A stretch of DNA of 52,382 nt, from NCBI GenBank assembly GCA_022828045.1, contig JAJEIW010000002.1:1-52382 (forward strand), given 5' to 3'. The position numbers were made by a program, and so were the translations under genes. The stretch's first letter is position 1. Every line of letters starts with the position of its first letter. The DNA is from Acidimicrobiia bacterium. GTDB taxonomy: Bacteria > Actinomycetota > Acidimicrobiia > Acidimicrobiales > Poriferisodalaceae. This document shows positions 35,647-48,519 of the stretch, piece by piece. The notes beneath the pieces were generated by a model that saw only the letters and a program-made list of their open reading frames with translations, did not search any database and had not been told where the DNA came from.

Positions 35647-36667
35647 CTCGATGGGAATGGCGGCTGCGGTCGACTCCCTCCCTGAGCAGCTCGAAGCAGC
35701 GCTCGCCGCCGCGTCGGCAGTGCCAGGACCTACTCCCGCCGAGCCGATCGCCAGTGTCGTCGCATTGGGCATGGGCGGGTCGGGTGTTGCCGGCGACATC
35801 GTGGCTGCGCTGGCGTCGCTTCAGATGCCGGTGCCGGTGACTGTTGCCAAGGGCTACGAGTGCCCCGCGTTCGTCGGCCCGTCGACGCTGGTGATCGCGG
35901 TGTCGTTCAGCGGGAACACCGAAGAGACGCTTGAGGCGGTCACGGCCGCCCACCACGCCGGAGCGTCGATCATCGCCGTCACCTCGGGCGGGCGGCTGGG
36001 CGAGCTGGCCCGTCAGTGGGACGTCCCGTTGTACGAGGTCGACGGCACCATCCCGATGCCGAGGGCAGCGGTCGGGGCCATCTCGGTCGCACCGCTGGTG
36101 GCTCTGGAGGGCGCCGGGCTGCTGAGCGGGGTCGCAGACTGGGTTGCAGCAGCGGTCGCTCAGCTCCGTGTGCGCCAGGGGAACGAGCCCCGCAGCGATC
36201 TGGATGAGCTGGTGGGGGCCGTCGGCGCCGGGGACATGGTGCCGGTCTTCTATGGCGCCGGCGCGCTCGGCATGGTCGCGGCGGGCCGTGCCAAGGCCCA
36301 GGTCAACGAGAACGTCAAGATGCCCGCCTACGCCAGCGCGATGCCCGAGCTGTGCCATAACGAGCTGGCGGGCTGGGACCTCGCCGGCTCATCCAGCAGC
36401 GGCTCGCCGCTCGCGGTCATCGCGCTCAGGCACGACTTCGAGCATCCCCAGACACAGCGTCGCTACGACTTCACGCGGGGCGTCCTCGAAGGCGGACAGG
36501 TCGGCGTGCCGTATTGCGAGCTGCGCGCCGTCGGCGACGGTGCTCTGGCGCAGCTGTTCGACCTCATCTACCAGGTCGACGTGCTGAGCCTCCACTTCGC
36601 CTCGGCTGCGGGGCGCGACCCCGGCCCGATCCCGCTGCTCGAAGAGCTGAAGGCATTCCTTGCCTGA
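35639..36667 (+). CDS. SIS-domain bifunctional phosphoglucose/phosphomannose isomerase-type protein
   Basis: VVALGMGGSGVAGDIV and VIAVSFSGNTEETL (SIS motifs). It is positionally equivalent to Rv3256c. The GTG start overlaps the end of the Trm112-like gene. Confidence 0.8.
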   Translation: MTDSMGMAAAVDSLPEQLEAALAAASAVPGPTPAEPIASVVALGMGGSGVAGDIVAALASLQMPVPVTVAKGYECPAFVGPSTLVIAVSFSGNTEETLEAVTAAHHAGASIIAVTSGGRLGELARQWDVPLYEVDGTIPMPRAAVGAISVAPLVALEGAGLLSGVADWVAAAVAQLRVRQGNEPRSDLDELVGAVGAGDMVPVFYGAGALGMVAAGRAKAQVNENVKMPAYASAMPELCHNELAGWDLAGSSSSGSPLAVIALRHDFEHPQTQRRYDFTRGVLEGGQVGVPYCELRAVGDGALAQLFDLIYQVDVLSLHFASAAGRDPGPIPLLEELKAFLA

Positions 36668-36706
36668 GACGGCAGGCTGTCGGCCGACTGCTAGCGAGGT
36701 GATCCC

Positions 36707-38173
36707 ATGACCCCCCCGTCGCGTTTGATCGATGATTTCGAAGTTGCCGATCTCAGTGCGGCTCCGGCTGGGCGACGCCAGATCGAGCTGGCGGAGATCG
36801 AGATGCCCGGCCTGATGGCGCTGCGCGCCCAGCACTTCGACGCGCAGCCGCTGCGGGGTGCCCGCATCACCGGTTCGCTGCACATGACGGTGCAGACGGC
36901 GGTGCTCATCGAGACCCTGGTCGACCTAGGCGCGCAGGTGAGATGGGCGTCGTGCAACATCTTCTCCACCCAGGACGAGGCTGCTGCCGCCGTGGCGGTC
37001 GGCCGCGACGGTTCGCCTGCCGAACCGCGGGGCGTGCCGGTCTTCGCATGGAAGGGCGAGACGCTGGCCGAGTACTGGAGGTGCAACTACCGGGCACTGC
37101 GCTGGCCTGACGGCCCCGGGCCGTCCCTGATAGTCGACGACGGCGGGGACGCCACCTTGATGGTCCACCTCGGCGCCCGCTATGAAGCCCACGGCCCCGT
37201 GCCCGAACTGTCAGCCGAGGGCCCCGAGGCCGCCTCGCCTGATGAGGTGGCGGTGCACGAGCTGCTTGCCGAGCTGCAGCAGACCGAGCCGGGCCTGTGG
37301 ACGGAGATCGCCGCTGGCATCCGCGGCGTCTCCGAGGAAACCACCACCGGGGTGAACCGGCTCTACGACATGGCGAGCCGCGGGGAGCTGACGTTTCCGG
37401 CGTACAGCGTGAATGACTCGGTCACCAAGTCCAAGTTCGACAATCTCTACGGCTGCCGGCACTCGCTCATCGACGGCATCAACCGGGCCACCGACGTGAT
37501 GCTCGGCGGAAAGGTGGCGTTCGTCGCCGGCTACGGAGACGTGGGCAAGGGCTGCGCGCAGGCGCTGCGCGGCCAGGGCTGCCGCGTGATCGTCTCGGAG
37601 ATCGACCCCATCAACGCGTTGCAGGCCGCGATGGAAGGCTTCGAAGTGGACCGGCTCGAGAACGTGCTCGGCTTCGCCGACATCTACGTCACCGCGACAG
37701 GAAATCGCGACATCATCTCGGCCGAGCACATGTCGGCCATGAAGCACCAGGCCATCGTCGCCAACATCGGGCACTTCGACAACGAGATCGACATGGCGGG
37801 CCTGATGGCGATGTCCGATGTGCGGCGCAACGAGATCAAGCCCCAGGTGGACGAGTTCGTGTTCCCCGACGGCAACTCGGTGATCGTGCTCGCCGAAGGC
37901 CGGCTGGTGAACCTGGGCTGCGCCACCGGTCATCCCAGCTTCGTGATGTCGATGAGCTTCACCAACCAAGTGCTCGCCCAGCTCGAACTGCACGCACACG
38001 CGGAGGAGCTGCCCGCCGACGTGCACGTGCTGCCCAAGCGACTCGACGAGGAGGTCGCCCGCCTGCACCTCGACAAGCTCGGCGCGAAGCTCACCCGCCT
38101 CACGCCGTCGCAGGCCGACTATCTCGGTCTGGACGCCGACGGTCCCTACAAGGCAGACCGCTACCGCTACTAG
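36707..38173 (+). CDS. ahcY: Adenosylhomocysteinase
   Basis: Full-length match by eye to SAH hydrolases: NAD site [15 protein letters not shown] and [22 protein letters not shown] Shine-Dalgarno sits upstream of ATG 36707. Confidence 0.95.
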   Translation: MTPPSRLIDDFEVADLSAAPAGRRQIELAEIEMPGLMALRAQHFDAQPLRGARITGSLHMTVQTAVLIETLVDLGAQVRWASCNIFSTQDEAAAAVAVGRDGSPAEPRGVPVFAWKGETLAEYWRCNYRALRWPDGPGPSLIVDDGGDATLMVHLGARYEAHGPVPELSAEGPEAASPDEVAVHELLAELQQTEPGLWTEIAAGIRGVSEETTTGVNRLYDMASRGELTFPAYSVNDSVTKSKFDNLYGCRHSLIDGINRATDVMLGGKVAFVAGYGDVGKGCAQALRGQGCRVIVSEIDPINALQAAMEGFEVDRLENVLGFADIYVTATGNRDIISAEHMSAMKHQAIVANIGHFDNEIDMAGLMAMSDVRRNEIKPQVDEFVFPDGNSVIVLAEGRLVNLGCATGHPSFVMSMSFTNQVLAQLELHAHAEELPADVHVLPKRLDEEVARLHLDKLGAKLTRLTPSQADYLGLDADGPYKADRYRY

Positions 38174-38221
38174 CGGATAATTCGCTTCAGCCGTCGGCAG
38201 GGCGGCACCTATGGTCGCCCC

Positions 38222-38872
38222 GTGCTGTTCGAGGTGCGATGCGCCGGCTGCGGGCTGTTGGGTTGGTGTCCCTGCGCTGCGTGCGTGGAAGCACTCGAGG
38301 CGCCCGAGCCGGCTTTGGTGCCCGGTGCAGACTCGGTCGCGCTGCTGTTCTCCCACTCGGGGGTCGGGCGCGAGTTCATCCATGCGCTCAAGTACCGCGG
38401 CGAGCGGGCGATCGCCAGATGGCTGGGGGACTCGCTCGCGCTCAGCCACCTAGGCGTGACAGCGTCGGCCTGGCCAATGCGCATTGACCCCGCATCGGCT
38501 TCGCCGATGGAGATTGACACAGTCACTTGGGCGCCGACGACGGCAGCTCATCGCCGATCCCGCGGGTTCGACCAGGCAGAAACGCTGGCGCGCGCCACCG
38601 CCAAGGCGCTGCAAGTCCGTCCCGAGCGGCTGTTGCGGCGTATCGGATCAGGCGCGCAGTCGGGCACCGGACGTTCAGCGAGACTGTCTGGGCCGCGCTT
38701 CGCAGGCCGTTCGAGTGCGCTTGGTCGGCGCGTATTGCTCGTCGACGATGTGCTCACAACCGGGGCCACGTTGGCGGCGGCGACCGCCGCGCTGGAGGGT
38801 GCCGGTGCTGCCGCCGTCCATGTGGCAGCGTGTGCACGACGGGGTCGCGACCGCTTCCCCGCAGTTGCCTAA
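38222..38872 (+). CDS. ComF-family phosphoribosyltransferase-like protein
   Basis: N-terminal Cys cluster CAGCG...CPCAAC and C-terminal PRTase motif VLLVDDVLTTGATL. Confidence 0.8.
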   Translation: MLFEVRCAGCGLLGWCPCAACVEALEAPEPALVPGADSVALLFSHSGVGREFIHALKYRGERAIARWLGDSLALSHLGVTASAWPMRIDPASASPMEIDTVTWAPTTAAHRRSRGFDQAETLARATAKALQVRPERLLRRIGSGAQSGTGRSARLSGPRFAGRSSALGRRVLLVDDVLTTGATLAAATAALEGAGAAAVHVAACARRGRDRFPAVA

Positions 38873-38937
38873 CATGGCACTCCCTTTATTTCGGGCGGCG
38901 CCGACCGAGCCGAGCAGCCGCTCAGAAAGCTGAGGCG

Positions 38938-39537
38938 ATGCAGATCACCATCACTGGTCGAAAAGTTCAGGTTCCCGACGATGTGCGGGCTGCGGTAGAG
39001 CGGAAGATCGGGGCCTTGGACCGGTTCGTAGGTGGGCTGGATCGAGCCGAAGTGGTGTTTCGCGAGGAGAAGAACCCGCGCATCGCCGAGCGCGAGCAGG
39101 TGGAGGTCACCCTGCTCGGCCATGGCCATCATGTGCGCGCCTCGGTCGCCGGAGTCGATCAGCACCAAGCGGTCGATCTCGCGGTCGGCAAGCTCGGCAA
39201 GCAGCTGCGCAAGCTGAAGACCCGCGTCGTGCGTCGGCACCGTCCGAACCTGCACCGCGACGAGGTGCATCATCCGCTGGCTCGCCTCGAAAACGATCTC
39301 GTGAACGGCGAGACGGCGCCACAGCCGGCGGCGGGTCCCGACGACACCGGGTGGGTGCCGCGCATCGTGCGCCGCAAGACGTTCGACCTCGAGCTGATGG
39401 ACCCCACCGAGGCGGTGACCCGCATGCAGCTGCTCGATCACGAGTTCTTCCTGTTCGTGAACGCCGACAGCGGCATGCCCAGCGTGGTGTACCTGCGCTC
39501 GGACGGCGATGCGGGTCTCATCGAGATCGACGCCTGA
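38938..39537 (+). CDS. hpf: Ribosome hibernation promoting factor, long form
   Basis: MQITITGRKVQVPDDVRAAVERKIGALDRF (S30AE/YfiA N-domain) and C-terminal dimerisation domain RIVRRKTFDLELMDPTEAVTRMQLLDHEFFLFVNA. The ATG at 38938 is internal to track ORF 38527..39537. Confidence 0.9.
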   Translation: MQITITGRKVQVPDDVRAAVERKIGALDRFVGGLDRAEVVFREEKNPRIAEREQVEVTLLGHGHHVRASVAGVDQHQAVDLAVGKLGKQLRKLKTRVVRRHRPNLHRDEVHHPLARLENDLVNGETAPQPAAGPDDTGWVPRIVRRKTFDLELMDPTEAVTRMQLLDHEFFLFVNADSGMPSVVYLRSDGDAGLIEIDA

Positions 39538-39629
39538 GGCTGCGCCTGCGTCAGCCGCTGGTTGAGCACCCATCGGAGCGCCCTGGAAATCTCGGCTACG
39601 GGCGCGAACCCCAGCGGTAGCCTGCGAAG

Positions 39630-42452
<2,823 letters not shown>

Positions 42453-42453
42453 G

Positions 42454-43593
42454 GTGAGCCGATCCCTGAGCGATCTCACCGACGCGCTGGCGGATCTGGA
42501 TCGGCGCGTGGGCGAGGCGCATCACTACCTGGGTATCGACGAGGCGCGCACCGCTGCGAACAGGCTGGAAGCTGAGGCATCGGAGCCATCGCTGTGGGAT
42601 GACCCCGACCGGGCCCGGGCGGTCACCACCCGGCTGTCGCGTGTGCGCGACGACATCGATCGCTGGCACCGGGCCCGCGTCGAGGTGGATGATGCCACCG
42701 CACTCGTGGAGCTGGCGGCAGAGGAGGACGATGCCGAGCTGCTGCCCGAGATAGGCGAGGCCGTCGAAGCAGCCGAACGCAGGCTCGCCGAGATCGAGCT
42801 GATGGCGCTGTTCAGCGGTGAGCACGACCACAGCGACGCGGTGTGCGAGATCAACTCGGGTGCCGGGGGCACTGACGCATGCGACTGGGCCGAGATGCTG
42901 CTGCGGATGTACCAGCGCTGGGCCGAGCGCAATGACTTCACCGTGGAGCTGACCGAGGCCACCGACGGCGGAGAGGCGGGCATCAGCTCGGCCACGTTTC
43001 TCGTCAAGGGGCGGCACGCGTTCGGCTTCCTTGCAGCGGAGCGGGGTGTGCATCGGCTGGTGCGCATCTCGCCGTTCGACGCGCAGTCTCGGCGCCACAC
43101 GGCGTTCGCCTCGCTGAAGGTGGTGCCGTTCTTCGACGAGGTGTCAGACGAAGTGCCCATCGACGAGGGCGACCTGCGCATCGACACCTACCGTTCCTCA
43201 GGCGCCGGCGGCCAGCACGTGAACGTCACCGACTCTGCGGTGCGCATCACGCACCTGCCCACGGGCATCGTGGTGGCCTGCCAGAACGAGCGCAGCCAGC
43301 ATCAGAACAAGGACCGGGCCATGCAGATGCTGGCGGCCAAGCTGGCCGACTTGCAGCGGACCGAGCGCGAGGCTGAGGTTGCCGCGTTGGCGGGCGAGCA
43401 GCGCGACGTGGCGTGGGGAAGCCAGATCCGCTCCTATGTGCTGCACCCCTACCAGCAGGTCAAGGATCTGCGCACTGGCATGGAGATCGGCAACGTGGAC
43501 GCCGTGCTCGATGGCGACCTCGACGGCCTGATGGAGGCGTACCTGCGCTGGCAGCGCTCCCAGCAAGTCCCCGACAGCACGGCTCCACGCTGA
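42454..43593 (+). CDS. prfB: Peptide chain release factor 2 (uninterrupted, no programmed frameshift)
   Basis: RISPFD (SPF) and SGAGGQHVN (GGQ). GTG 42454 lies 1 nt after the secA stop. The track ORF 41950..43593 extension overlaps secA. Confidence 0.9.
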   Translation: MSRSLSDLTDALADLDRRVGEAHHYLGIDEARTAANRLEAEASEPSLWDDPDRARAVTTRLSRVRDDIDRWHRARVEVDDATALVELAAEEDDAELLPEIGEAVEAAERRLAEIELMALFSGEHDHSDAVCEINSGAGGTDACDWAEMLLRMYQRWAERNDFTVELTEATDGGEAGISSATFLVKGRHAFGFLAAERGVHRLVRISPFDAQSRRHTAFASLKVVPFFDEVSDEVPIDEGDLRIDTYRSSGAGGQHVNVTDSAVRITHLPTGIVVACQNERSQHQNKDRAMQMLAAKLADLQRTEREAEVAALAGEQRDVAWGSQIRSYVLHPYQQVKDLRTGMEIGNVDAVLDGDLDGLMEAYLRWQRSQQVPDSTAPR

Positions 43594-43600
43594 GCGAACC

Positions 43601-43652
43601 CCAGCGGTGGCGAAGGCGCTCACGGGGTGCCCGAGCATTGCGGCACCGCTGG
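43601..43652 (+). other. Hairpin closed by a perfect 9-bp stem immediately after prfB
   Basis: CCAGCGGTG (43601-43609) pairs with CACCGCTGG (43644-43652), enclosing 34 nt. It may be a terminator, attenuator or processing site between prfB and ftsE. Confidence 0.3.
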
Positions 43653-43729
43653 CGTACCGTGGGAAGCGATTTGGTGATGTCGGCGCGGGACGGGTCGGAC
43701 CCACCCCGCCGCACGACATGAAGGCGCGC

Positions 43730-44491
43730 ATGATCCGCTTCGACAACGTGACGAAGATCTACAAGGGCGAGACGCGAGCGGTCAATGACGTGTCGCTCAA
43801 CATCGCCAAGGGCGAGTTCGTGTTCTTGGTGGGGCCGTCGGGTTCGGGCAAGTCCACGATGCTGCGCCTGATGACCTGCGAGGAGAAGGCCACGACGGGC
43901 AACATCCACGTGGCCGGCAAAGACCTGTCCAAGCTCAACAGCTGGCGCGTGCCGTACTTGCGGCGCAACATCGGGTCGGTCTTCCAGGACTTCAAGCTGC
44001 TGCCCACCAAGACTGTGTACGAGAACGTGGCATTCGCCCTCGAGGTGATCGGCCGTCCTGACGGCGTCATCCGCACGCAGGTGCCTGCCATCTTGGAATT
44101 GGTCGGGCTGCAGGACAAGCAGCGGCGGTTTCCCGATGAACTGTCCGGCGGCGAGCAGCAGCGGGTGAGCGTGGCGCGGGCCTTCGTGAACCGGCCGCTC
44201 ATCCTGCTCGCCGACGAGCCCACCGGGAACCTCGACCCCGACACCTCCGAGGAGCTGACGTCGCTGCTGGACAGGATCAATCGCACTGGCACGACCGTGG
44301 TGATGGCCACTCACGACCAGACGATCGTCGACCGCATGCGTCGCCGGGTGGTCGCGCTGCGCCACGGCGAGCTCGTGCGCGACGAGCAGCGCGGTGCCTA
44401 CGGCGGCGAACCAGAGCACGGGCCGGCGCCCGACGACGCAGCGCCGGGCGATGCCCCGCCCGCCGCGCCGCGCGATGGGACCGGCTCGTGA
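43730..44491 (+). CDS. ftsE: Cell division ABC transporter ATP-binding protein FtsE
   Basis: [11 protein letters not shown], Walker [10 protein letters not shown], signature LSGGEQQRV, Walker [10 protein letters not shown]. An alternative start is ATG 43718 (MKARMIRF...). Confidence 0.9.
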   Translation: MIRFDNVTKIYKGETRAVNDVSLNIAKGEFVFLVGPSGSGKSTMLRLMTCEEKATTGNIHVAGKDLSKLNSWRVPYLRRNIGSVFQDFKLLPTKTVYENVAFALEVIGRPDGVIRTQVPAILELVGLQDKQRRFPDELSGGEQQRVSVARAFVNRPLILLADEPTGNLDPDTSEELTSLLDRINRTGTTVVMATHDQTIVDRMRRRVVALRHGELVRDEQRGAYGGEPEHGPAPDDAAPGDAPPAAPRDGTGS

Positions 44492-45381
44492 GCCGCATCC
44501 GCTACTTCGCGCGGGAGACCTGGGCCAACATCCGGCGCAATCTCACGCTGACCTTCGCCGCGATCCTGACCGTTGCGGTCGGCGTGATGCTGGTCGGCAT
44601 GGGGCTGATGGCGGGTTACGCCAGCGGCAACGCGCTCGACCGCTGGGAGGGCGGCGTCCAGTTCGAGGTGTTCATGGACCCCCAGATCGATCCGAGCCAG
44701 ATCGACGCGCTCGGCCTCGAGCTCGAGACTCACCCAGAGATCGACCGCATCGAGTTCTTCAGCTCCGAGGAGGCCTACGGGCTGGTGTCCCAGCAGATGG
44801 CCGACCAGCCCGAGCTGCTGGCCCAGGTGTCGCCCGAGGCGCTGCCGCCGTCGTACCGGGTGGTGCCGCGCTCGGTCGAGGCCGAGCTGATCGAGTCGCT
44901 GGCGGCGCAGTTCCGCCAACGGCCCGGAGTGATGTCGGTCCAGACCGGCCGCGAAGAGGTGGATGCCATCCGCACCTGGTTCTCGTCGTTTCAGGGCATC
45001 GTGCTGCTGCTGTCGATCGTGCTGGCGGGTGCCAGCGTGATGCTGATCTTCAACTCGATCCGGGTGGCGATGTTCGCCCGTCGGCGGGAGATCGAGGTCA
45101 TGAAGCTGGTCGGGGCCACCAACAGCTTCATCCGGTTCCCGTTCATGCTCGAAGGCATGCTGCACGGGCTCGTCGGCGGGATCGTCGGGGCGATCGCGGC
45201 CGGGGTGTTGCGCGGCCACGTCGAGGGACTGTTCTCGAGGTCCGACATCTTGGCGTTCTTCAGGTCGTTCGTGGTGACGTCCAGCCAATTCACCACCGTG
45301 GTCTTCGTCACGGTGATCGCCGGCGTGCTGGTCGGGATGCTGGGCTCTGCGTTCGCTGCGAGTCGCTTCCTGGACGTGTAG
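44488..45381 (+). CDS. ftsX: Cell division ABC transporter permease FtsX
   Basis: Typical FtsX N-terminus [24 protein letters not shown], a periplasmic loop, and three C-terminal TM helices. The GTG start overlaps the ftsE stop (GTGA). Confidence 0.9.
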   Translation: MSRIRYFARETWANIRRNLTLTFAAILTVAVGVMLVGMGLMAGYASGNALDRWEGGVQFEVFMDPQIDPSQIDALGLELETHPEIDRIEFFSSEEAYGLVSQQMADQPELLAQVSPEALPPSYRVVPRSVEAELIESLAAQFRQRPGVMSVQTGREEVDAIRTWFSSFQGIVLLLSIVLAGASVMLIFNSIRVAMFARRREIEVMKLVGATNSFIRFPFMLEGMLHGLVGGIVGAIAAGVLRGHVEGLFSRSDILAFFRSFVVTSSQFTTVVFVTVIAGVLVGMLGSAFAASRFLDV

Positions 45382-45489
45382 CACGGCCCGAGAGCACTGG
45401 CCGCTCGACGGAGAGAGTGGCTGGGCGTGTAGAAAAGCCGCCGATACCGCCGTCCGCCACGTCGGGCGGCCACTGACTGAGGGGGCGTT

Positions 45490-46389
45490 GTGCCGGAGTT
45501 CGAGACGATCCTGTACGAGGTTGACGACCGCGTCGCCACCATCACGCTGAATCGCCCCGAGCGCCTGAACGCGTTCAACAGCCAGATGCTGCGTGATGTG
45601 ATGGACGCCATCGACCTCGTCGACGCCGACGACGACGTACGGGCGGTGATCTTCACCGGTGCCGGGCGTGGCTACTGCGCCGGGGCCGACCTGAGCGGGG
45701 GCGCCGACACGTTCGACTTCGACAGCCAGTCAGATGAGCGCAAGGCCGAGCGGGCTTCCGAGCGGGGCGAGGGCGGCGATCTGGCGTGGATGCGCGACGG
45801 CGGCGGGCTGCTCACGCTGCGTCTGTACGAGTGCAACAAGCCGCTGATCGCGGCGATCAACGGCCCCGCAGTCGGCGTGGGCGTCACGATGACGCTGCCC
45901 ATGGACATCCGGCTGGCTTCCGCCAAGGCCCGTATCGGCTTCGTGTTCGCCCGCCGGGGCGTGGTGCCAGAGGCCTGCTCGTCGTACTTCTTGCCCCGAG
46001 TCGTCGGGTTGTCACGAGCGTTGGAGTGGTGCTTCAGCGGGCGGGTGTTCGACGCAGACGAGGCGCTCGAGGGCGGGCTAGTGCGCAGCCTGCACGAGCC
46101 GGACGATCTGCTGCCGGCTGCCCGGGCCATCGCGGCGGAGATCGCCGAGAACACTTCTGCGATCTCCGTGACGGTGATCCGCCACATGCTGTGGCGCATG
46201 CTCGCCGCCGATCACCCGATGGAGGCCCACAAGATCGACTCCCGGGGGATCTTCCACCTCGGCCGCGGCGCGGATGCCCACGAAGGCGTCGCGTCATTCC
46301 TCGAGAAGCGGCCGCCGGAATTCTCGCTGCGGCCCACCCAGGACTTGCCCGAGTACTTCCCCTGGTGGGATGAGCCCGAATTCAGCTGA
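45490..46389 (+). CDS. Enoyl-CoA hydratase/isomerase (crotonase) family protein
   Basis: VATITLNRPERLNAF, FTGAGRGYCAGADL, KPLIAAINGPAVGVG. Confidence 0.85.
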   Translation: MPEFETILYEVDDRVATITLNRPERLNAFNSQMLRDVMDAIDLVDADDDVRAVIFTGAGRGYCAGADLSGGADTFDFDSQSDERKAERASERGEGGDLAWMRDGGGLLTLRLYECNKPLIAAINGPAVGVGVTMTLPMDIRLASAKARIGFVFARRGVVPEACSSYFLPRVVGLSRALEWCFSGRVFDADEALEGGLVRSLHEPDDLLPAARAIAAEIAENTSAISVTVIRHMLWRMLAADHPMEAHKIDSRGIFHLGRGADAHEGVASFLEKRPPEFSLRPTQDLPEYFPWWDEPEFS

Positions 46390-46390
46390 G

Positions 46391-46490
46391 GCTGAGCCGA
46401 AGGCGAAGCCGTGGCCCGAGCGGCCCGTGAGCCCGATCACATGAGAACTGGAACAAGAGCGGGGTGCAACGGGCGTCGCGACGAGAAGGT
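46391..46490. repeat. Intergenic repeat, copy B (first copy at 8576-8690)
   Basis: See copy A. Here it fills the 101-nt convergent spacer between the crotonase gene and the MFS gene. Confidence 0.6.
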
Positions 46491-47765
46491 CTAGCTCTGT
46501 GCGTTGTCGATTGAGGCAGGGTCGTCGCCCCAGCCGGTGAGCAGAATGCCTGCGACGCAGGCGGCGACGGCAAGGCCGAAGGCGGGACCGAAGCTGCCGA
46601 ACCAGTCAGCCAAGGCGCCACCGACCGGCGGTCCTGCCGCGAGGCCGAGGCCGAACAAGATGGTGGCGATCCCGTAGGCGGCGCCGAACTCGTCGCCGGC
46701 GAGGCTGTCGCTGACACGAGCGGCAATGGCGGCAATGATGCCGCTGAACGCCATTCCGAACGCGATCGCCGACACCCACGCGAGCAGCGGCCCGCCGAGT
46801 GCGAGCAGCGGGTACGCGGTCGATGTGATGATCGAGATCAACGACACGCCGAAACCGATAGCGACTGCGCGCCGCCTGCCGAAGCGGTCTGCCGAGCGTC
46901 CGAAGACCGGGCCGCCGGCGATGCAGCCGATGCCGATGGACGAGAACGCCAGCTCAGCGCCCCAAGCTGTGAAGATGTCCGTGTAGCTCTCGAGGTGGCC
47001 CACGATGAACGTGAGCACCGTCGAAACGATGAAAGCGTGCAGGGCATACGCCGTGATCAGCCGACCGGCTTGCGGCACCTTGGCGAGAGCGGCCCGGGCG
47101 CCCTCGAAGCCCATGCGACCGGGCGTGCGCGCCCAGCGGCGCACCGCGACGGCGAGGGTGATCAGCACCGCTGCGCCGATGCAGAACTCGATCAGGTACA
47201 CGCCCCGCAGGTGGCTACGGCTTGCGGCGGCCAGTGCTCCGTCGGTCGAGTTTTTGTCGCCGACACCCTGAAAGAACGTGTCGAGGGCGGCCGCTGCGAC
47301 CATGCCGGCGCCGACGCCGCCAGTCAGCCAGCCGGCGGCAGCGCCTCGCCGCTCAGGTCCCAGCAGCTCGGCAGCGAGCCCGGGGGTGCCCACCCACACC
47401 CCGGCTGCGCTGAAGCCGGTCAAGGCGAGCGCGAGAGCCGCGATGCCGACGTTGGGGCTCCATGCCAGCAGGGCCAAGCCCACTACGTTGCCGGCGACGC
47501 CAATACGCACGGCGCCGCTCAAACCGGTGCGGCCGACTGTCAGGGCAACTGCCAGCGATCCCACGAGGTACATCAGCAGATTCAGCGAACCGAGGGCGCC
47601 GACGATGGTGTTGGACAGGCTGAAACCGTCTCGCAGGTCGGTGAACAGCAGCGAATAGGTGAACCGGCCGAACGATTGCGATACCGCTGCTGAAGCCGCC
47701 AGCGTCAGCAGGGTGCTTATCCGGCGTACGCGGCTGAAACCCGCAGTGTGCGGAGCGGCAGTCAC
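46491..47765 (-). CDS. Major facilitator superfamily transporter
   Basis: 424 aa with about 12 hydrophobic spans and Gly-rich helices typical of MFS. No substrate can be inferred. Confidence 0.8.
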   Translation of the reverse strand: MTAAPHTAGFSRVRRISTLLTLAASAAVSQSFGRFTYSLLFTDLRDGFSLSNTIVGALGSLNLLMYLVGSLAVALTVGRTGLSGAVRIGVAGNVVGLALLAWSPNVGIAALALALTGFSAAGVWVGTPGLAAELLGPERRGAAAGWLTGGVGAGMVAAAALDTFFQGVGDKNSTDGALAAASRSHLRGVYLIEFCIGAAVLITLAVAVRRWARTPGRMGFEGARAALAKVPQAGRLITAYALHAFIVSTVLTFIVGHLESYTDIFTAWGAELAFSSIGIGCIAGGPVFGRSADRFGRRRAVAIGFGVSLISIITSTAYPLLALGGPLLAWVSAIAFGMAFSGIIAAIAARVSDSLAGDEFGAAYGIATILFGLGLAAGPPVGGALADWFGSFGPAFGLAVAACVAGILLTGWGDDPASIDNAQS

Positions 47766-47829
47766 GATGAGTTCGCTTGCTGGCTCATGGCGCGCGCGGG
47801 CGGAGAGTCTCTTGTGGGACGCGAGCGAA

Positions 47830-48441
47830 TCAGTCGTGTGGCCAGGTCACTGCCGGCAGCGGGGGACGCTGGCGGAAGATGGTCTCCGTTGCGATCACTC
47901 GCCGGGGCGAGCGCTCGGTGTCGGCGAACTTCGCCACGTCGGCACGGATGACTTCGCGGTCGTGGTCATCGCCGAAGAAGCGTTCACGCATGTCGTCGAG
48001 CGAGGCGAACGCGACCAGCGCGAAGCCGTCATAGGACGGGCCGTTGAGAGTGGCCACCACGCTGAGCTGGGTGTAGTCCCACATGCCGGGGTGATGTCGC
48101 AACGCGAGCGGAGCGTGGGTGTCACGCCAGTGGCTGTCGCCCTGCGAGTGGGTCAACGCCGGATGGTGGACCATCGGGAAGATCGCGGTCAGGCCAGGTG
48201 AGGGAGTGCCGGGGTCGGACTCCAGCGGGCGCTCGCGGATGATGCGCGAGAACGCCAGGTAGGTGCCCACTGACGCGGCCGGCGCGAGGGCATCGGGCGC
48301 ATCGGTCATCGCTCGCACCAGCGTGCGGAAGGGGAGCCCGCGACGTTCGCCAGGATCTGCTGCGTAGCACACGCCCCCGACACTGGCCGCTGCTTCCGCT
48401 GCGGCATCCGGATCGTTTCCCGTGACGACGAGCTCGTGCAC
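47830..48441 (-). CDS. EthD-domain protein (start uncertain)
   Basis: The C-terminal ~110 aa (IFPMVHHPALTHSQGDSHWRDTHAPLALRHHPGMWDYTQLSV...FASLDDMRERFF...DVAKFAD) look like an EthD domain. The N-terminal ~90 aa are low complexity and may not be translated. Confidence 0.5.
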   Translation of the reverse strand: MHELVVTGNDPDAAAEAAASVGGVCYAADPGERRGLPFRTLVRAMTDAPDALAPAASVGTYLAFSRIIRERPLESDPGTPSPGLTAIFPMVHHPALTHSQGDSHWRDTHAPLALRHHPGMWDYTQLSVVATLNGPSYDGFALVAFASLDDMRERFFGDDHDREVIRADVAKFADTERSPRRVIATETIFRQRPPLPAVTWPHD

Positions 48442-48519
48442 GCCAGCACGTTAGTGCTGGGCATCGAGCGCGGCGCAACCTAGAGGATGCGCAGGGGGCA
48501 GGATGGGGGCGTGCTCGAG

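Noticed and set aside
36668-36706. SAH riboswitch upstream of ahcY
   Set aside because: The spacer is only 39 nt and contains just a Shine-Dalgarno. That is too short for the SAH riboswitch fold.
42454-43593. Programmed +1 frameshift site in prfB
   Set aside because: The RF2 reading frame is continuous from GTG 42454 through the SPF and GGQ motifs. There is no early in-frame TGA or CTTTGAC-type site.
45382-45489. Expected smpB/ssrA (tmRNA) after ftsX, as in many bacteria
   Set aside because: Only 108 nt separate ftsX from the crotonase gene. I found no tRNA-like acceptor/T-arm sequence and no SmpB-like ORF.
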